A stretch of DNA of 32,000 bases from Micrococcus luteus NCTC 2665 (GTDB taxonomy: Bacteria; Actinomycetota; Actinomycetes; Actinomycetales; Micrococcaceae): contig NC_012803.1 in NCBI RefSeq assembly GCF_000023205.1, positions 720,001 through 752,000 of the forward strand, read 5' to 3'. Numbering within the stretch: the stretch's first letter is position 1; every line of letters starts with the position of its first letter. Below the pieces are notes generated by a model that did no database searches, had not been told where the DNA came from, and saw only the letters and a program-made list of their open reading frames with translations. Of this stretch, positions 14,368-24,426 are shown in pieces. The position numbers and the translations under genes are program-made.

Positions 14368-15522
14368 GTGACCCTCGTGGACCACACCCGTCCCACCGGC
14401 GGACAGTCCGCCGGCTCTCCGCCCCCGGCGGGCCCGGCCGAGGCCGTGATGCTCCAGGTGCTCGACACGGAGGGCCGCCGCCGTCCGCAGCCGGAGCTCG
14501 ACCCGTGGATCGAGGACGTCGACGCCGCCGCCCTCGCCGCGCTGTACCGCCAGATGGCCGTGGTCCGTCGCCTCGACGTCGAGGCCACGCACCTGCAGCG
14601 TCAGGGCGAGCTGGCCCTGTGGCCGCCGCTGCTGGGCCAGGAGGCCGCCCAGGTGGGCTCCGCCGTCGCGCTGCGCCCGGACGACTTCGTCTTCCCGTCC
14701 TACCGCGAGAACGGCGTGGCCCTGCTGCGCGGCGTCCCCGCGCTGGACCTGCTGCGGGTGTGGCGCGGCTCCACGTTCTCGAGCTGGGACCCGAACGAGA
14801 CGCGGGTGGCCACCCAGCAGATCATCATCGGCGCGCAGGCCCTGCACGCCGTCGGCTACGCGATGGGCGTCCAGCGGGACCAGGCGGACGTCGCCACGAT
14901 CGTCTACTTCGGCGACGGCGCCACGAGCCAGGGCGACGTCAACGAGGCCATGGTCTTCAGCGCCTCCTACCAGGCGCCCGTGGTGTTCTTCTGCCAGAAC
15001 AACCACTGGGCCATCTCCGAGCCCGTGCGCCTGCAGACCCGCCGCAGCATCGCGGACCGCCCGTGGGGCTTCGGCATCCCGTCGATGCGCGTGGACGGCA
15101 ACGACGTCCTGGCCGTGCTCGCCGCAACCCGCGCCGCCGTCGAGCGCGCGGCCGACGGGGGCGGCCCCACGTTCGTCGAGGCCGTCACCTACCGCATGGG
15201 TCCACACACCACCGCGGACGACCCCACCCGCTACCGGGACGACGCCGAGCTCGAGGCCTGGAAGGCCCGTGACCCGCTGACCCGCGTGGAGGCGCACCTG
15301 CGCACCCTCGACGTGGACGTGGACGCCGTGCTTGCACAGGCCCAGGCCGAGGCCGACGAGCTGGCAGCGGAGGTCCGCCGTGCCCTCGAGGCGCTCGAGG
15401 AGGACGGCGCGGACAGGCTCTTCGACGAGATCTACGCGGAGCCCCACCAGGAGCTCGAGCGGCAGCGCCGCGAGCACGCCCTCTACCTGCAGCAGTTCGA
15501 CGACGAGGAGGCGGGCGCGTGA
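14368..15522 (+). CDS. bkdA: 2-oxoacid (branched-chain keto acid/pyruvate family) dehydrogenase E1 alpha subunit
   Basis: 384-aa ORF; GTG start with GGAAGG 7 nt upstream. The TPP-binding region is YFGDGATSQGDVNEAMVFSA...FFCQNNHWAIS. Confidence 0.9.
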   Translation: MTLVDHTRPTGGQSAGSPPPAGPAEAVMLQVLDTEGRRRPQPELDPWIEDVDAAALAALYRQMAVVRRLDVEATHLQRQGELALWPPLLGQEAAQVGSAVALRPDDFVFPSYRENGVALLRGVPALDLLRVWRGSTFSSWDPNETRVATQQIIIGAQALHAVGYAMGVQRDQADVATIVYFGDGATSQGDVNEAMVFSASYQAPVVFFCQNNHWAISEPVRLQTRRSIADRPWGFGIPSMRVDGNDVLAVLAATRAAVERAADGGGPTFVEAVTYRMGPHTTADDPTRYRDDAELEAWKARDPLTRVEAHLRTLDVDVDAVLAQAQAEADELAAEVRRALEALEEDGADRLFDEIYAEPHQELERQRREHALYLQQFDDEEAGA

Positions 15523-16586
15523 GCGAGCGCATGACCTTCGGCCGTGCGATCAACCGCGGCCTGCACCGTGCCCTGGCCGACGACCCCAAGGTCCTGCTCA
15601 TGGGCGAGGACATCGGCGCCCTCGGCGGCGTGTTCCGCATCACCGACGGCCTGCAGGCCGAGTTCGGCGAGGACCGGGTGCTCGACACCCCGCTGGCCGA
15701 GTCCGGCATCGTGGGCACGGCCATCGGCCTGGCGATGCGCGGCTACCGGCCCGTCGTCGAGATCCAGTTCGACGGCTTCGTGTACCCGGCGTTCGACCAG
15801 ATCGTGGCGAACCTGGCCAAGCTGCGCGCCCGCACCCGCGGCGCCGTGCCGATGCCGGTGACCATCCGCATCCCCTTCGGCGGCGGCATCGGCTCCCCGG
15901 AGCACCACTCCGAGTCGCCCGAGGCCTACTTCCTGCACACCGCGGGTCTGCGCGTGGTCTCCCCGTCCTCCCCGCAGGAGGGGTACGACCTCATCCGCGC
16001 CGCGATCGCCTCGGAGGACCCGGTGGTCTACCTCGAGCCCAAGCGTCGCTACCACGACAAGGGCGACGTGGACCTGGGCGTCGCGATCCCGCCGATGAGC
16101 CCGGCCCGCATCCTGCGCGAGGGCCGTGACGCCACGCTCGTGGCCTACGGCCCGCTCGTGAAGACCGCCCTGCAGGCCGCCGAGGTGGCGGCCGAGGAGG
16201 GTGTCGAGGTCGAGGTGGTCGACCTGCGCAGCCTGTCCCCGCTGGACACCGGCCTCGTCGAGTCCTCGGTGCGGCGCACCGGTCGGCTCGTCGTGGCGCA
16301 CGAGGCCTCCCGCACGGGCGGCCTCGGCGCCGAGCTCGTGGCCACGGTGGCCGAGCGCGCGTTCCATTGGCTCGAGGCCCCGCCGGTGCGCGTCACCGGC
16401 ATGGACGTGCCCTACCCGCCGTCCAAGCTCGAGCACCTGCACCTGCCGGACCTCGACCGCATCCTCGACGGCCTGGACCGTGCTCTGGGCCGGCCGAATT
16501 CGCTGGACTCCGTGGACGCGTTCGCCGCCCCCGAGACCGCCGAGCAGTTCCTCGCCGCCCAGAACGCCGGGGAGGAGACCCGATGA
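15519..16586 (+). CDS. bkdB: 2-oxoacid dehydrogenase E1 beta subunit
   Basis: 355-aa ORF whose GTGA overlaps the E1 alpha stop. Motifs: LLMGEDIGALGGVFRITDGL and EIQFDGFVYPAFDQI. It has a C-terminal tail of about 30 aa beyond the usual end. Confidence 0.9.
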   Translation: MSERMTFGRAINRGLHRALADDPKVLLMGEDIGALGGVFRITDGLQAEFGEDRVLDTPLAESGIVGTAIGLAMRGYRPVVEIQFDGFVYPAFDQIVANLAKLRARTRGAVPMPVTIRIPFGGGIGSPEHHSESPEAYFLHTAGLRVVSPSSPQEGYDLIRAAIASEDPVVYLEPKRRYHDKGDVDLGVAIPPMSPARILREGRDATLVAYGPLVKTALQAAEVAAEEGVEVEVVDLRSLSPLDTGLVESSVRRTGRLVVAHEASRTGGLGAELVATVAERAFHWLEAPPVRVTGMDVPYPPSKLEHLHLPDLDRILDGLDRALGRPNSLDSVDAFAAPETAEQFLAAQNAGEETR

Positions 16587-18022
16587 GCCAGAAGACCTTC
16601 CGCCTGCCCGACCTCGGCGAGGGCCTGACCGAGTCCGAGATCGTGACGTGGCGCGTGGCCGAGGGCGACGCGGTGACCGTGAACCAGGTGCTCGCCGACG
16701 TCGAGACGGCCAAGGCCGTGGTCGAGGTCTCCAGCCCGTTCGCGGGCGTCGTCGCGGCCCTGCACGGCGCCGAGGGCGAGACCCTCGAGGTCGGCGCGCC
16801 CCTGGTGACCTTCACCCTCGAGGGCGCCGAGCCCGACGTCGGCGGGCCCGCCGAGGCCGACGGCCGCGTGCCCACCCTCGTCGGCTACGGCGCCGCGCCG
16901 GACACCGGCAAGCCCGGCCGCCGTGCGCGGCGCGGCTCCGCGGCCCCGGCGACATCGGCCGCCCCGGCGGGCGAGCCCGCCCGCGGACAGGCGCCGTCCA
17001 CGTCGGAGGCGGCCCCGGCCGGTGCCGGGCGCCCGCAGCCCGAGGCCGCCGAGCCCGTCCGCGCGGACGCGGCCCCGGAAGCGGTGCGGGGCGCGGCGTC
17101 GGGCGAGCGGCCCCGCTGCACCCCGCCCGTGCGCCTGTACGCGCGCCGCGCGGGCGTGGATCTGGAACAGGTCACCGGCACCGGCGTGGGCGGGGTCATC
17201 ACCCGCGCGGACGTCGAGGCGTTCCTGGCCGGGGGCGGGCAGCCCGCGGCCGCGGCGACGCCGCCGCAGTCCGGCGCCGAGTCGGGCTCGACCGGGGGCG
17301 TCCGCACCCTGGGCGGCCGCCCGCGCACCGAGGCCGTGCCGGTCAAGGGCGTGCGGAAGGCGACGGCGGCGGCCATGGTGCAGTCCGCGTTCACCGCCCC
17401 GCACGTGACCGAGTTCCTGCAGGTGGACGTCACCGAGACCATGGAGCTGCTCGCCGAGCTCAAGGCCTCCCGCGAGTTCCGGGACGTCAAGCTCACGCCC
17501 ATGACGCTCGCCGCCAAGGCGTGCCTCGTGGCGATGGAGCGCACCCCGGACGTCAACGCCCGCTGGGACGAGGCCGCCGGAGCGATCGTGCAGCAGAACT
17601 TCGTCAACCTCGGCTTCGCCGCGGCCACCCCCCGCGGGCTGATGGTGCCGAACGTCAAGGACGCCCAGGCGATGAGCCTGGCGGAGCTGGCGGACGCCAT
17701 CCGCGACCTCACCGGACTCGCCCGCGAGGGGAAGCTGTCCCCGGCGGACCTGGCCGGCGGCACCTTCACGCTCACGAACGTCGGCGTGTTCGGCGTGGAC
17801 GCGGGCACCCCGATCATCAACCCGGGCGAGGGGGCGATCATCGCGATCGGCCAGGTCCGGCGGATGCCGTGGGAGCACCGCGGCGAGATCGCCCTGCGGG
17901 ACGTCATGACGCTGTCCCTCTCGTTCGACCACCGCTTCGTGGACGGCGAGCAGGGCTCCCGCTTCCTCGCGGACGTCGGTGCCCTCCTGCGCCGTCCGGG
18001 CCTGACCCTGACCATGGTCTGA
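16583..18022 (+). CDS. bkdC: Dihydrolipoamide acyltransferase E2 component
   Basis: ATG at 16583 overlaps the E1 beta stop (ATGA). One lipoyl domain (DVETAKAVVEVSSPFAG), a long Ala/Pro linker, a subunit-binding domain (PPVRLYARRAGVDL) and a catalytic SLSFDHRFVDG motif. The listed ORF 16367..18022 is over-extended. Confidence 0.9.
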   Translation: MSQKTFRLPDLGEGLTESEIVTWRVAEGDAVTVNQVLADVETAKAVVEVSSPFAGVVAALHGAEGETLEVGAPLVTFTLEGAEPDVGGPAEADGRVPTLVGYGAAPDTGKPGRRARRGSAAPATSAAPAGEPARGQAPSTSEAAPAGAGRPQPEAAEPVRADAAPEAVRGAASGERPRCTPPVRLYARRAGVDLEQVTGTGVGGVITRADVEAFLAGGGQPAAAATPPQSGAESGSTGGVRTLGGRPRTEAVPVKGVRKATAAAMVQSAFTAPHVTEFLQVDVTETMELLAELKASREFRDVKLTPMTLAAKACLVAMERTPDVNARWDEAAGAIVQQNFVNLGFAAATPRGLMVPNVKDAQAMSLAELADAIRDLTGLAREGKLSPADLAGGTFTLTNVGVFGVDAGTPIINPGEGAIIAIGQVRRMPWEHRGEIALRDVMTLSLSFDHRFVDGEQGSRFLADVGALLRRPGLTLTMV

Positions 18023-18040
18023 CCGCGTCGGACGCGCCGC

Positions 18041-18074
18041 GGCCCCGCCCCCCGATCACCGGGGGGGCGGGGCC
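18041..18074. terminator. Bidirectional hairpin between the convergent E2 and GNAT genes
   Basis: 13-bp perfect arms ggccccgcccccc / ggggggcggggcc around gatcacc. Confidence 0.65.
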
Positions 18075-18130
18075 GTCGTCGTCGCTGGGATCAGTGCGGG
18101 CCGCAGGCGCTGCGGGGCCGCGGGGCGCGC

Positions 18131-18676
18131 TCAGTCGGCGGCGGGCAGTTCCATCACGAGCTCGGTGATGACCTCAGCGCGGGCGTTGGAGAAGACCTTC
18201 TCCTTACCGACGGTCTCGAAGCCGCGGCGGGAGAGCACCTTCACGGAGCCCACGTTGTCCTCGGGGACGTGCGCCCGCAGTGGGCGGGCGGTGTGCTCCT
18301 CGAGGAACCGGTCCACGGCCGCGGTCGTCAGGCCCAGGCCCCAGTAGTCCTGCGCGGTCCAGAAGGACAGCTCGCCCACGCCGTCCTGCTGGGTGCACAC
18401 GAGGGCGCCCGCGGCGCGGCCCTCGTGCTCGATGGTCCGCACAATGGTGTCCTCGTCCCCGAGCAGGTGGGCCCAGTGGTAGTCGAAAACGCCGCGGTCC
18501 CGGGGGTTGCGGGGGGCGAAGGCGGACATCAGGTTGGCCTGCTCGTCCTGCTGGTGGAGGAAGAACTCGTCCAGATCCTCGGGTCGGACGTCACGAAGAA
18601 GCACGGCGGTGGACCTCTCGGGGCGGGGTTCGACGGCGTCCGCCGTCACGGTACCGGCCACCGTACCACCGGGCAC
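18131..18676 (-). CDS. GNAT-family N-acetyltransferase
   Basis: 181-aa ORF with a GTG start. An alternative GTG near 18604 has GAGAGG upstream. The GNAT core is FWTAQDYWGLGLTTAAVDRFLEE ... VGSVKVLSRRGFETVG. Confidence 0.75.
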   Translation of the reverse strand: MPGGTVAGTVTADAVEPRPERSTAVLLRDVRPEDLDEFFLHQQDEQANLMSAFAPRNPRDRGVFDYHWAHLLGDEDTIVRTIEHEGRAAGALVCTQQDGVGELSFWTAQDYWGLGLTTAAVDRFLEEHTARPLRAHVPEDNVGSVKVLSRRGFETVGKEKVFSNARAEVITELVMELPAAD

Positions 18677-18707
18677 GACGCCGGCCCGCCGGGCCGGTGC
18701 CGCCCGC

Positions 18708-19364
18708 TCAGTCCTCGCCGGGCAACGGTCCGGGGGCCGTGGCCGCGTCCCAGGCCATGGCCGCGAGGGTCGCGCGGCGGGCCGCGCGGTCGGCCGCGGT
18801 GCGCCGCACTGAGCGGGGGGTGGAGTTGAGCAGGCCCAGCACGGCCTGGGCGCGGAACACGGCGGTGGCCTGGTCCTCGTGGGGGTGGACGACCTGCAGC
18901 TGGCGCGCCCACACGTCGATGTAGGCGCGCTGGGTGCGCGTGATGGCCGTGCGTGCGCCGTCGGGCAGGGCGGACATGTCGCGGTCCTGCACGCGGATCA
19001 CGTCGCGCTGGGCGAGGGCGAAGTCCGCCTGGAAGCCGATGAGGGCCCGCAGGGTCTCCGCCCCCGGCGCGTGCTGCGCCTCGGCGGCCAGCCCGCCGTT
19101 GAGCAGGTCCTGTGAGGCCGTGTCGAGGATCGCCGTGAGCACGGCGGCCTTGCCGGCGAAGTGGCGGTAGATGGCGGGTCCGCTGATCCCGACGGCGGCG
19201 CCGATGTCCTCGAGGCGGACCGCGTCGAAGCCCCGGGCTGCGAACAGTCGCGCCGCGGCCGCGAGCAGGTCCACCCGGCGTCGGGCCTTGGCGGCCTCCC
19301 GGGCGGTCGGCGGGGTCGCCGGGGCGGCGGGGGACGCGGGATCGGCGGCGGGCATGGGATCCAC
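18708..19364 (-). CDS. TetR/AcrR-family transcriptional regulator (BkaR-like by context)
   Basis: 218-aa ORF. The HTH region is LLAAAARLFAARGFDAVRLEDIGAAVGISGPAIYRHFAGK. It is divergent from the carboxylase operon. Start is GTG 19364 or ATG 19355. Confidence 0.85.
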   Translation of the reverse strand: MDPMPAADPASPAAPATPPTAREAAKARRRVDLLAAAARLFAARGFDAVRLEDIGAAVGISGPAIYRHFAGKAAVLTAILDTASQDLLNGGLAAEAQHAPGAETLRALIGFQADFALAQRDVIRVQDRDMSALPDGARTAITRTQRAYIDVWARQLQVVHPHEDQATAVFRAQAVLGLLNSTPRSVRRTAADRAARRATLAAMAWDAATAPGPLPGED

Positions 19365-19397
19365 TGTAGGGCGGGACGAGGCGCGCCGGGCGCCCGG

Positions 19398-19426
19398 TCG
19401 ACGTCGGTGACGATCGTCACTACACT
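19398..19426 (+). promoter_or_regulatory. Candidate promoter TCGACG-N17-TACACT for the carboxylase operon
   Basis: The -35-like and TAnnnT -10-like hexamers have 17-nt spacing, and the -10 ends 42 nt before the ATG at 19469. Confidence 0.5.
19407..19420. promoter_or_regulatory. Perfect 14-nt palindrome GTGACGATCGTCAC (candidate TetR operator)
   Basis: The sequence is self-complementary when read directly. It fills the promoter spacer and abuts the -10. Confidence 0.55.
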
Positions 19427-19436
19427 GAGGCTCAGT
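19424..19436. promoter_or_regulatory. Second palindrome ACTGAG-g-CTCAGT (candidate operator)
   Basis: 6+6 perfect inverted repeat that overlaps the -10 hexamer and the predicted transcription start. Confidence 0.45.
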
Positions 19437-19468
19437 TCAGTTAGTCGTCATTCACTGAAGGGGGTCTC

Positions 19469-21085
19469 ATGACCGCCAGCATCCCGGCCCCGGCCGCGCA
19501 GTCCGCGCCCACCGTGGCCGAGCGCAACGCGGCCGGCCATGCCCGGCTCGAGCAGGAGCTCGCCGACCTCGTCGCCCGCACGTCGCTCGGCGGGCCCGAG
19601 CGCTCGCGCGAGCGCCACACCGGCCGCGGCAAGCTGCTGGTGCGGGACCGCATCGACGCGCTGCTCGACGAGGGCTCGCCCTTCCTCGAGGTCGGCGCGC
19701 TGGCCGCGCACGGCATGTACGGCGGGGACAGCCCCGCCGCCGGCGTCGTGGCGGGCATCGGCCTGGTCCACGGCCGCCTCGTGATGGTGGTGGGCAACGA
19801 CGCCACCGTGAAGGGCGGCACCTACTACCCCATGACGGTGAAGAAGCACCTGCGGGCCCAGGAGATCGCCCTGGAGAACCGCCTGCCGTGCATCTACCTC
19901 GTGGACTCCGGCGGCGCGTTCCTGCCCCGCCAGGACGAGGTCTTCCCGGACCGCGAGCACTTCGGCCGCATCTTCCGGAACCAGGCGCTGCTCTCCTCGC
20001 AGCGCATCCCGCAGCTGGCCGCGGTGTGCGGCTCCTCCACGGCGGGCGGCGCGTACGTGCCGGCCATGTCGGACGAGACCGTGATCGTGCGCGAGCAGGG
20101 CACCATCTTCCTCGGCGGCCCCCCGCTCGTGAAGGCCGCGATCGGGGAGGACATCTCGCCCGAGGACCTCGGCGGCGGCCGGCTGCACGCCGAGCGCTCC
20201 GGCGTCGCGGACCACCTGGCGGACGACGACCTGCACGCCATGCAGATCCTCCGGGACATCGTGGCCACCCTGCCCCCGGCCGAGGCGCCGGCCTGGGAGG
20301 TCGCCCCCGCCGCGGAGCCCGCCAAGGACCCGGCCGAGCTGACCAGCGTCGTGCCCGTGGACGTGAACACCCCCTACGACGTGCGCGAGGTGATCGACCG
20401 CCTCGTGGACGGCGGCTCCGTCCACGAGTTCAAACCCCTCCACGGCACCACCCTGGTCACCGCGTTCGCACGGATCGACGGCCATCCCGTGGGTGTCCTC
20501 GCCAACAACGGCATCCTGTTCGGCGACTCCGCCCGCAAGGGTGCGCACTTCATCGAACTGTGCGACCAGCGCGGCATCCCGCTGCTGTTCCTGCAGAACA
20601 TCTCCGGCTTCATGGTGGGCCGGGACGCGGAGACCGGCGGCATCGCGCGCGACGGCGCCAAGATGGTCACCGCCGTCGCCACCGCCCGCGTGCCCAAGCT
20701 GACCGTGGTGATCGGCGGCTCGTTCGGCGCCGGCAACTACGCGATGTGCGGCCGCGCCTACTCACCCCGCTTCCTGTGGATGTGGCCGAACGCGCGCATC
20801 TCCGTGATGGGCGGCCCGCAGGCCTCCTCCGTGCTCACGCAGATCAAGCAGGACCAGCGGGCCGCCGCGGGGGAGGAGCCGATGTCCTCCGAGGAGGTCG
20901 AGGCCTTCCAGGCGCCGGTCCGTCGGCAGTACGAGGACCAGGGCAGCCCCCTGTACTCCACCGCCCGCCTCTGGGACGACGGGGTGATCACCCCCGGCCA
21001 GACCCGCCGGGTGCTCTCCCTGGCCCTCGACGTCATCTCCCGTTCCCCGCTGCCGGACTCCCGGTTCGGCCTGTTCCGCATGTGA
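19469..21085 (+). CDS. accD1: Acyl-CoA carboxylase carboxyltransferase (beta) subunit, methylcrotonyl-CoA carboxylase-like
   Basis: 538-aa ORF with GAAGGGGG upstream. Motifs: [15 protein letters not shown] and [26 protein letters not shown]. Gene order matches M. tuberculosis accD1-accA1-fadE19-Rv2499c-citE. Confidence 0.88.
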   Translation: MTASIPAPAAQSAPTVAERNAAGHARLEQELADLVARTSLGGPERSRERHTGRGKLLVRDRIDALLDEGSPFLEVGALAAHGMYGGDSPAAGVVAGIGLVHGRLVMVVGNDATVKGGTYYPMTVKKHLRAQEIALENRLPCIYLVDSGGAFLPRQDEVFPDREHFGRIFRNQALLSSQRIPQLAAVCGSSTAGGAYVPAMSDETVIVREQGTIFLGGPPLVKAAIGEDISPEDLGGGRLHAERSGVADHLADDDLHAMQILRDIVATLPPAEAPAWEVAPAAEPAKDPAELTSVVPVDVNTPYDVREVIDRLVDGGSVHEFKPLHGTTLVTAFARIDGHPVGVLANNGILFGDSARKGAHFIELCDQRGIPLLFLQNISGFMVGRDAETGGIARDGAKMVTAVATARVPKLTVVIGGSFGAGNYAMCGRAYSPRFLWMWPNARISVMGGPQASSVLTQIKQDQRAAAGEEPMSSEEVEAFQAPVRRQYEDQGSPLYSTARLWDDGVITPGQTRRVLSLALDVISRSPLPDSRFGLFRM

Positions 21086-21092
21086 GGCACCC

Positions 21093-23222
21093 GTGACCGA
21101 GAACCACGCCCAGGGGACGCCCCTGTTCGACACCGTGCTGGTGGCCAACCGCGGCGAGATCGCCGTGCGCGTCATCCGCACCCTGCGCCGCCTCGGCATC
21201 CGCTCGGTGGCCGTGCACTCCGACGCCGACGCCGACGCGCGGCACGTCCGCGAGGCGGACACGGCGGTCCGCCTCGGCCCGGCCCCGGCCCGCGAGTCGT
21301 ACCTGGACATCGGCGCCGTCGTCGACGCCGCGCGCCGCACCGGCGCCCAGGCCGTGCACCCCGGCTACGGCTTCCTGTCCGAGAACGCCGACATCGCCCG
21401 CGCGCTGGAGGCGGCCGGCATCGTGTTCGTGGGCCCTCCCGTGGGCTCGCTCGACGCGATGGCGGACAAGATCCGCGCGAAGGAGACCGTGGCCGCGTAC
21501 GACGTGCCGGTGGTCCCCGGCATCCAGGACCCCACGCTCACCGACGCGCAGATCACGGCCGAGGCCGAGCGCGTCGGCTTCCCGCTGCTGATCAAGCCCT
21601 CCGCGGGAGGCGGCGGCAAGGGCATGGTGGCCGTGCGCGCCGCCGAGGAGCTGCCCGGCGCCCTCGCCTCGGCCCGGCGCACGGCGCGCTCCGCGTTCGG
21701 CGACGACACGCTGCTGCTCGAGCGGCTCATCACCGCGCCCCGGCACGTCGAGGTGCAGGTGTTCGCGGACGCCCACGGCGCCACCGTGCACCTGGGTGAG
21801 CGCGAGTGCTCCCTGCAGCGCCGCCACCAGAAGGTGATCGAGGAGGCCCCCGCGCCCCTGCTGACCGGGCTGGCGCACGGGGCCGAGCTCCGCGAGCGCC
21901 TGGGCCGGGCCGCCGTGGACGCGGCCGTGTCCGTGGGCTATCGCGGCGCCGGCACCGTCGAGTTCCTCGTCTCGGACGAGAACCCGGACGAGTTCTTCTT
22001 CATGGAGATGAACACCCGCCTGCAGGTGGAGCACCCGGTCTCCGAGGAGGTCGTCCGGGTGCGCGGACAGCGCCTGGACTTCGTGGAGCTGCAGCTGCGC
22101 ATCGCCGCGGGGGAGCCGCTCGGCTTCGCCCAGGAGGACGTGACCCTCGACGGCGCCGCCGTCGAGGCCCGCGTCTACGCGGAGGACCCCGCGAACGGCT
22201 TCCTGCCCTCCACCGGGCCGGTGCTGCGCTGGCGCGAGCCCGCCGGAGAGGGCGTCCGCGTCGACACGCTCCTGCTGCCCTCCCGGCCGACCGAGGAGCG
22301 CGCGTTCGGCTCTGGGCCCGCCACCGCCGTCGGCGCCGTGGACCCCGTGGACGTCGACGGCGCTCAGCCCGAGATCACCGGCTTCTACGACCCGATGATC
22401 GCCAAGCTCATCACCCGCGGCGCCGACCGCACCGAGGCCCTCGAGCGGCTCGACGCCGCGCTCGCGGACACCGTGCTGTTCGGCGTCCGCTCCAACCTGG
22501 GCTGGCTGCGCGAGCTCGCTGCCCGCACGGATGTGCGGACCGGCCGGCTCACCACCGAGCTGATCGACGGCCTCGAGGCGTGGACCGCCCCCGCGCTGCC
22601 CGAGGACCTCGCCGCGCTCGCGGCCGAGGCCCTGGCCGACGTGTCCGAGGACGCGGCCGCCGCCGAACGCCGCGCGGCCGGCACCGCGTGGGCCCGGGCG
22701 GACGGCTGGCGCGGCGCGGGCGCCCCGCAGCCCGGGATGCGCGTCCGGGTGGGGGACGAGGACCGGATCCTCACCGCCCCCGCCGCCGACGCCGAGGTGG
22801 ACGAGGACGCCGGAGCCCTGGCGGGTGTCAACCTCCTGGCCGGTGACCCGCGGGACCCGCGCTCGGCGTGGCTGCACCGCGACGGCGCCGCGTGGCAGGT
22901 CCGCCGCCTCACCCGGGCCGAGGTGGTCGAGGCCGCCCGCGCGGCCGCGGCCGCGCGCCGTGCTCCGGCCGGCGCAGCGTCGCCCGAGGCACGCACGCCC
23001 ATGCCGGGCACCGTCGTCGCCGTGTCCGTGGACACCGGGGACACCGTGGCCGCGGGCCAGGAGCTGGCGGTGGTCGAGGCCATGAAGATGGAGCACCCCG
23101 TCACGGCCGCCGTCGCCGGCGTCGTGACCGTCCACGTCGCCGAGGGCGACGCCGTGGCCGCGCAGGCGTTGATCGCCGTCGTCGAACCCGTCGAGCACGC
23201 AGCACCCGCAGAGAACACCTGA
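21093..23222 (+). CDS. accA1: Acyl-CoA carboxylase alpha subunit (biotin carboxylase plus biotin carboxyl carrier domain)
   Basis: 709-aa ORF. Motifs: ANRGEIAVRVIRT, GGGGKGM, MEMNTRLQVEHPV and the biotinylation motif VEAMKMEH. Confidence 0.9.
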   Translation: MTENHAQGTPLFDTVLVANRGEIAVRVIRTLRRLGIRSVAVHSDADADARHVREADTAVRLGPAPARESYLDIGAVVDAARRTGAQAVHPGYGFLSENADIARALEAAGIVFVGPPVGSLDAMADKIRAKETVAAYDVPVVPGIQDPTLTDAQITAEAERVGFPLLIKPSAGGGGKGMVAVRAAEELPGALASARRTARSAFGDDTLLLERLITAPRHVEVQVFADAHGATVHLGERECSLQRRHQKVIEEAPAPLLTGLAHGAELRERLGRAAVDAAVSVGYRGAGTVEFLVSDENPDEFFFMEMNTRLQVEHPVSEEVVRVRGQRLDFVELQLRIAAGEPLGFAQEDVTLDGAAVEARVYAEDPANGFLPSTGPVLRWREPAGEGVRVDTLLLPSRPTEERAFGSGPATAVGAVDPVDVDGAQPEITGFYDPMIAKLITRGADRTEALERLDAALADTVLFGVRSNLGWLRELAARTDVRTGRLTTELIDGLEAWTAPALPEDLAALAAEALADVSEDAAAAERRAAGTAWARADGWRGAGAPQPGMRVRVGDEDRILTAPAADAEVDEDAGALAGVNLLAGDPRDPRSAWLHRDGAAWQVRRLTRAEVVEAARAAAAARRAPAGAASPEARTPMPGTVVAVSVDTGDTVAAGQELAVVEAMKMEHPVTAAVAGVVTVHVAEGDAVAAQALIAVVEPVEHAAPAENT

Positions 23223-23237
23223 GAACAGGAGAGGACC

Positions 23238-24425
23238 ATGAGCACCAAGCACCGCACCCTGCCCGCCCTCGAGGAGGACTACCAGGTCCTCTCCGACACC
23301 GTCCGCGAGTTCGCCGACGAGGTCGTGGCCCCGGTCTCCGCCGAGCTGGACGCCAAGCACGAGTTCCCGTACGAGATCGTGGCCCAGATGGGCGAGATGG
23401 GCCTGTTCGGCCTGCCGTTCCCCGAGGAGTACGGCGGCATGGGCGGCGACTACTTCGCCCTGGCCCTGGCGCTCGAGCAGCTCGGCCGCGTCAACCAGTC
23501 CGTGGCCATCACCCTCGAGGCCGGCGTCTCCCTGGGCGCCATGCCGCTGCTGAAGTTCGGCACCGAGGAGCAGAAGCAGCGCTGGCTGCCGGACCTCGTG
23601 GCCGGCACGCACCTGGCCGGCTTCGGCCTCACCGAGCCGGGCGCGGGCTCCGACGCCGGCGGCACCCAGACCACCGCCGCGCTCGAGGACGGCCAGTGGC
23701 GCATCAACGGCGCCAAGGAGTTCATCACCAATTCCGGCACGGACATCACCTCGCTCATCACCGTCACCGCCGTGACCGGCACCGTGGAGGGCAGGACCGG
23801 CCATGACGGCCGCCCCGCCAAGGAGATCTCCACGATCCTCGTGCCCGCCGGCACCGAGGGCTTCTCCGTGGCCAAGGCCTACGACAAGGTCGGCTGGAAC
23901 TCCTCGGACACCCACGCCCTGCACTTCACGGACGCGCGCGTGCCGGAGGAGAACCTGCTGGGCGCCCGCGGCCGCGGCTTCGCCAACTTCCTCGAGATCC
24001 TGGACGAGGGCCGCATCGCCATCGCGGCCCTGGCCACCGGCGCGGCCCAGGGATGCGTGGACGAGTCGGTCGCCTACGCCAAGCAGCGGACCTCGTTCGG
24101 CCAGAAGATCGGGCAGTTCCAGGCCGTGTCCTTCAAGATCGCCCGCATGCAGGCCCGCGCGCACGCCGCCCGCCTGGCCTACTACGAGGCCGCCCAGAAG
24201 ATGCTGGCCGGCAAGCCGTTCAAGACCGAGGCCGCCATGGCCAAGCTGATCGCCGGCGAGGCCGCCATGGACAACGCCCGGGACGCCACCCAGGTGTTCG
24301 GCGGCTACGGCTTCATGAACGAGACCCTCGTGGCCCGTCACTACCGCGACTCCAAGATCCTCGAGGTCGGCGAGGGCACCACCGAGGTGCAGCTCATGCT
24401 GATCGCCCGCGAGCTGGGCCTCTGA
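23238..24425 (+). CDS. fadE19: Acyl-CoA dehydrogenase (isovaleryl-CoA dehydrogenase-like by context)
   Basis: 395-aa ORF with GGAGAGGA upstream. Motifs: [13 protein letters not shown] and QVFGGYGF...[19 protein letters not shown]. Confidence 0.88.
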   Translation: MSTKHRTLPALEEDYQVLSDTVREFADEVVAPVSAELDAKHEFPYEIVAQMGEMGLFGLPFPEEYGGMGGDYFALALALEQLGRVNQSVAITLEAGVSLGAMPLLKFGTEEQKQRWLPDLVAGTHLAGFGLTEPGAGSDAGGTQTTAALEDGQWRINGAKEFITNSGTDITSLITVTAVTGTVEGRTGHDGRPAKEISTILVPAGTEGFSVAKAYDKVGWNSSDTHALHFTDARVPEENLLGARGRGFANFLEILDEGRIAIAALATGAAQGCVDESVAYAKQRTSFGQKIGQFQAVSFKIARMQARAHAARLAYYEAAQKMLAGKPFKTEAAMAKLIAGEAAMDNARDATQVFGGYGFMNETLVARHYRDSKILEVGEGTTEVQLMLIARELGL

Positions 24426-24426
24426 C

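Noticed and set aside
21033-24341. 1102-aa minus-strand ORF antisense to accA1 and fadE19
   Set aside because: Same reasoning: a G/A/R/H/D-rich nonsense-like translation opposite genes carrying unmistakable biotin carboxylase, AMKM and acyl-CoA dehydrogenase motifs.
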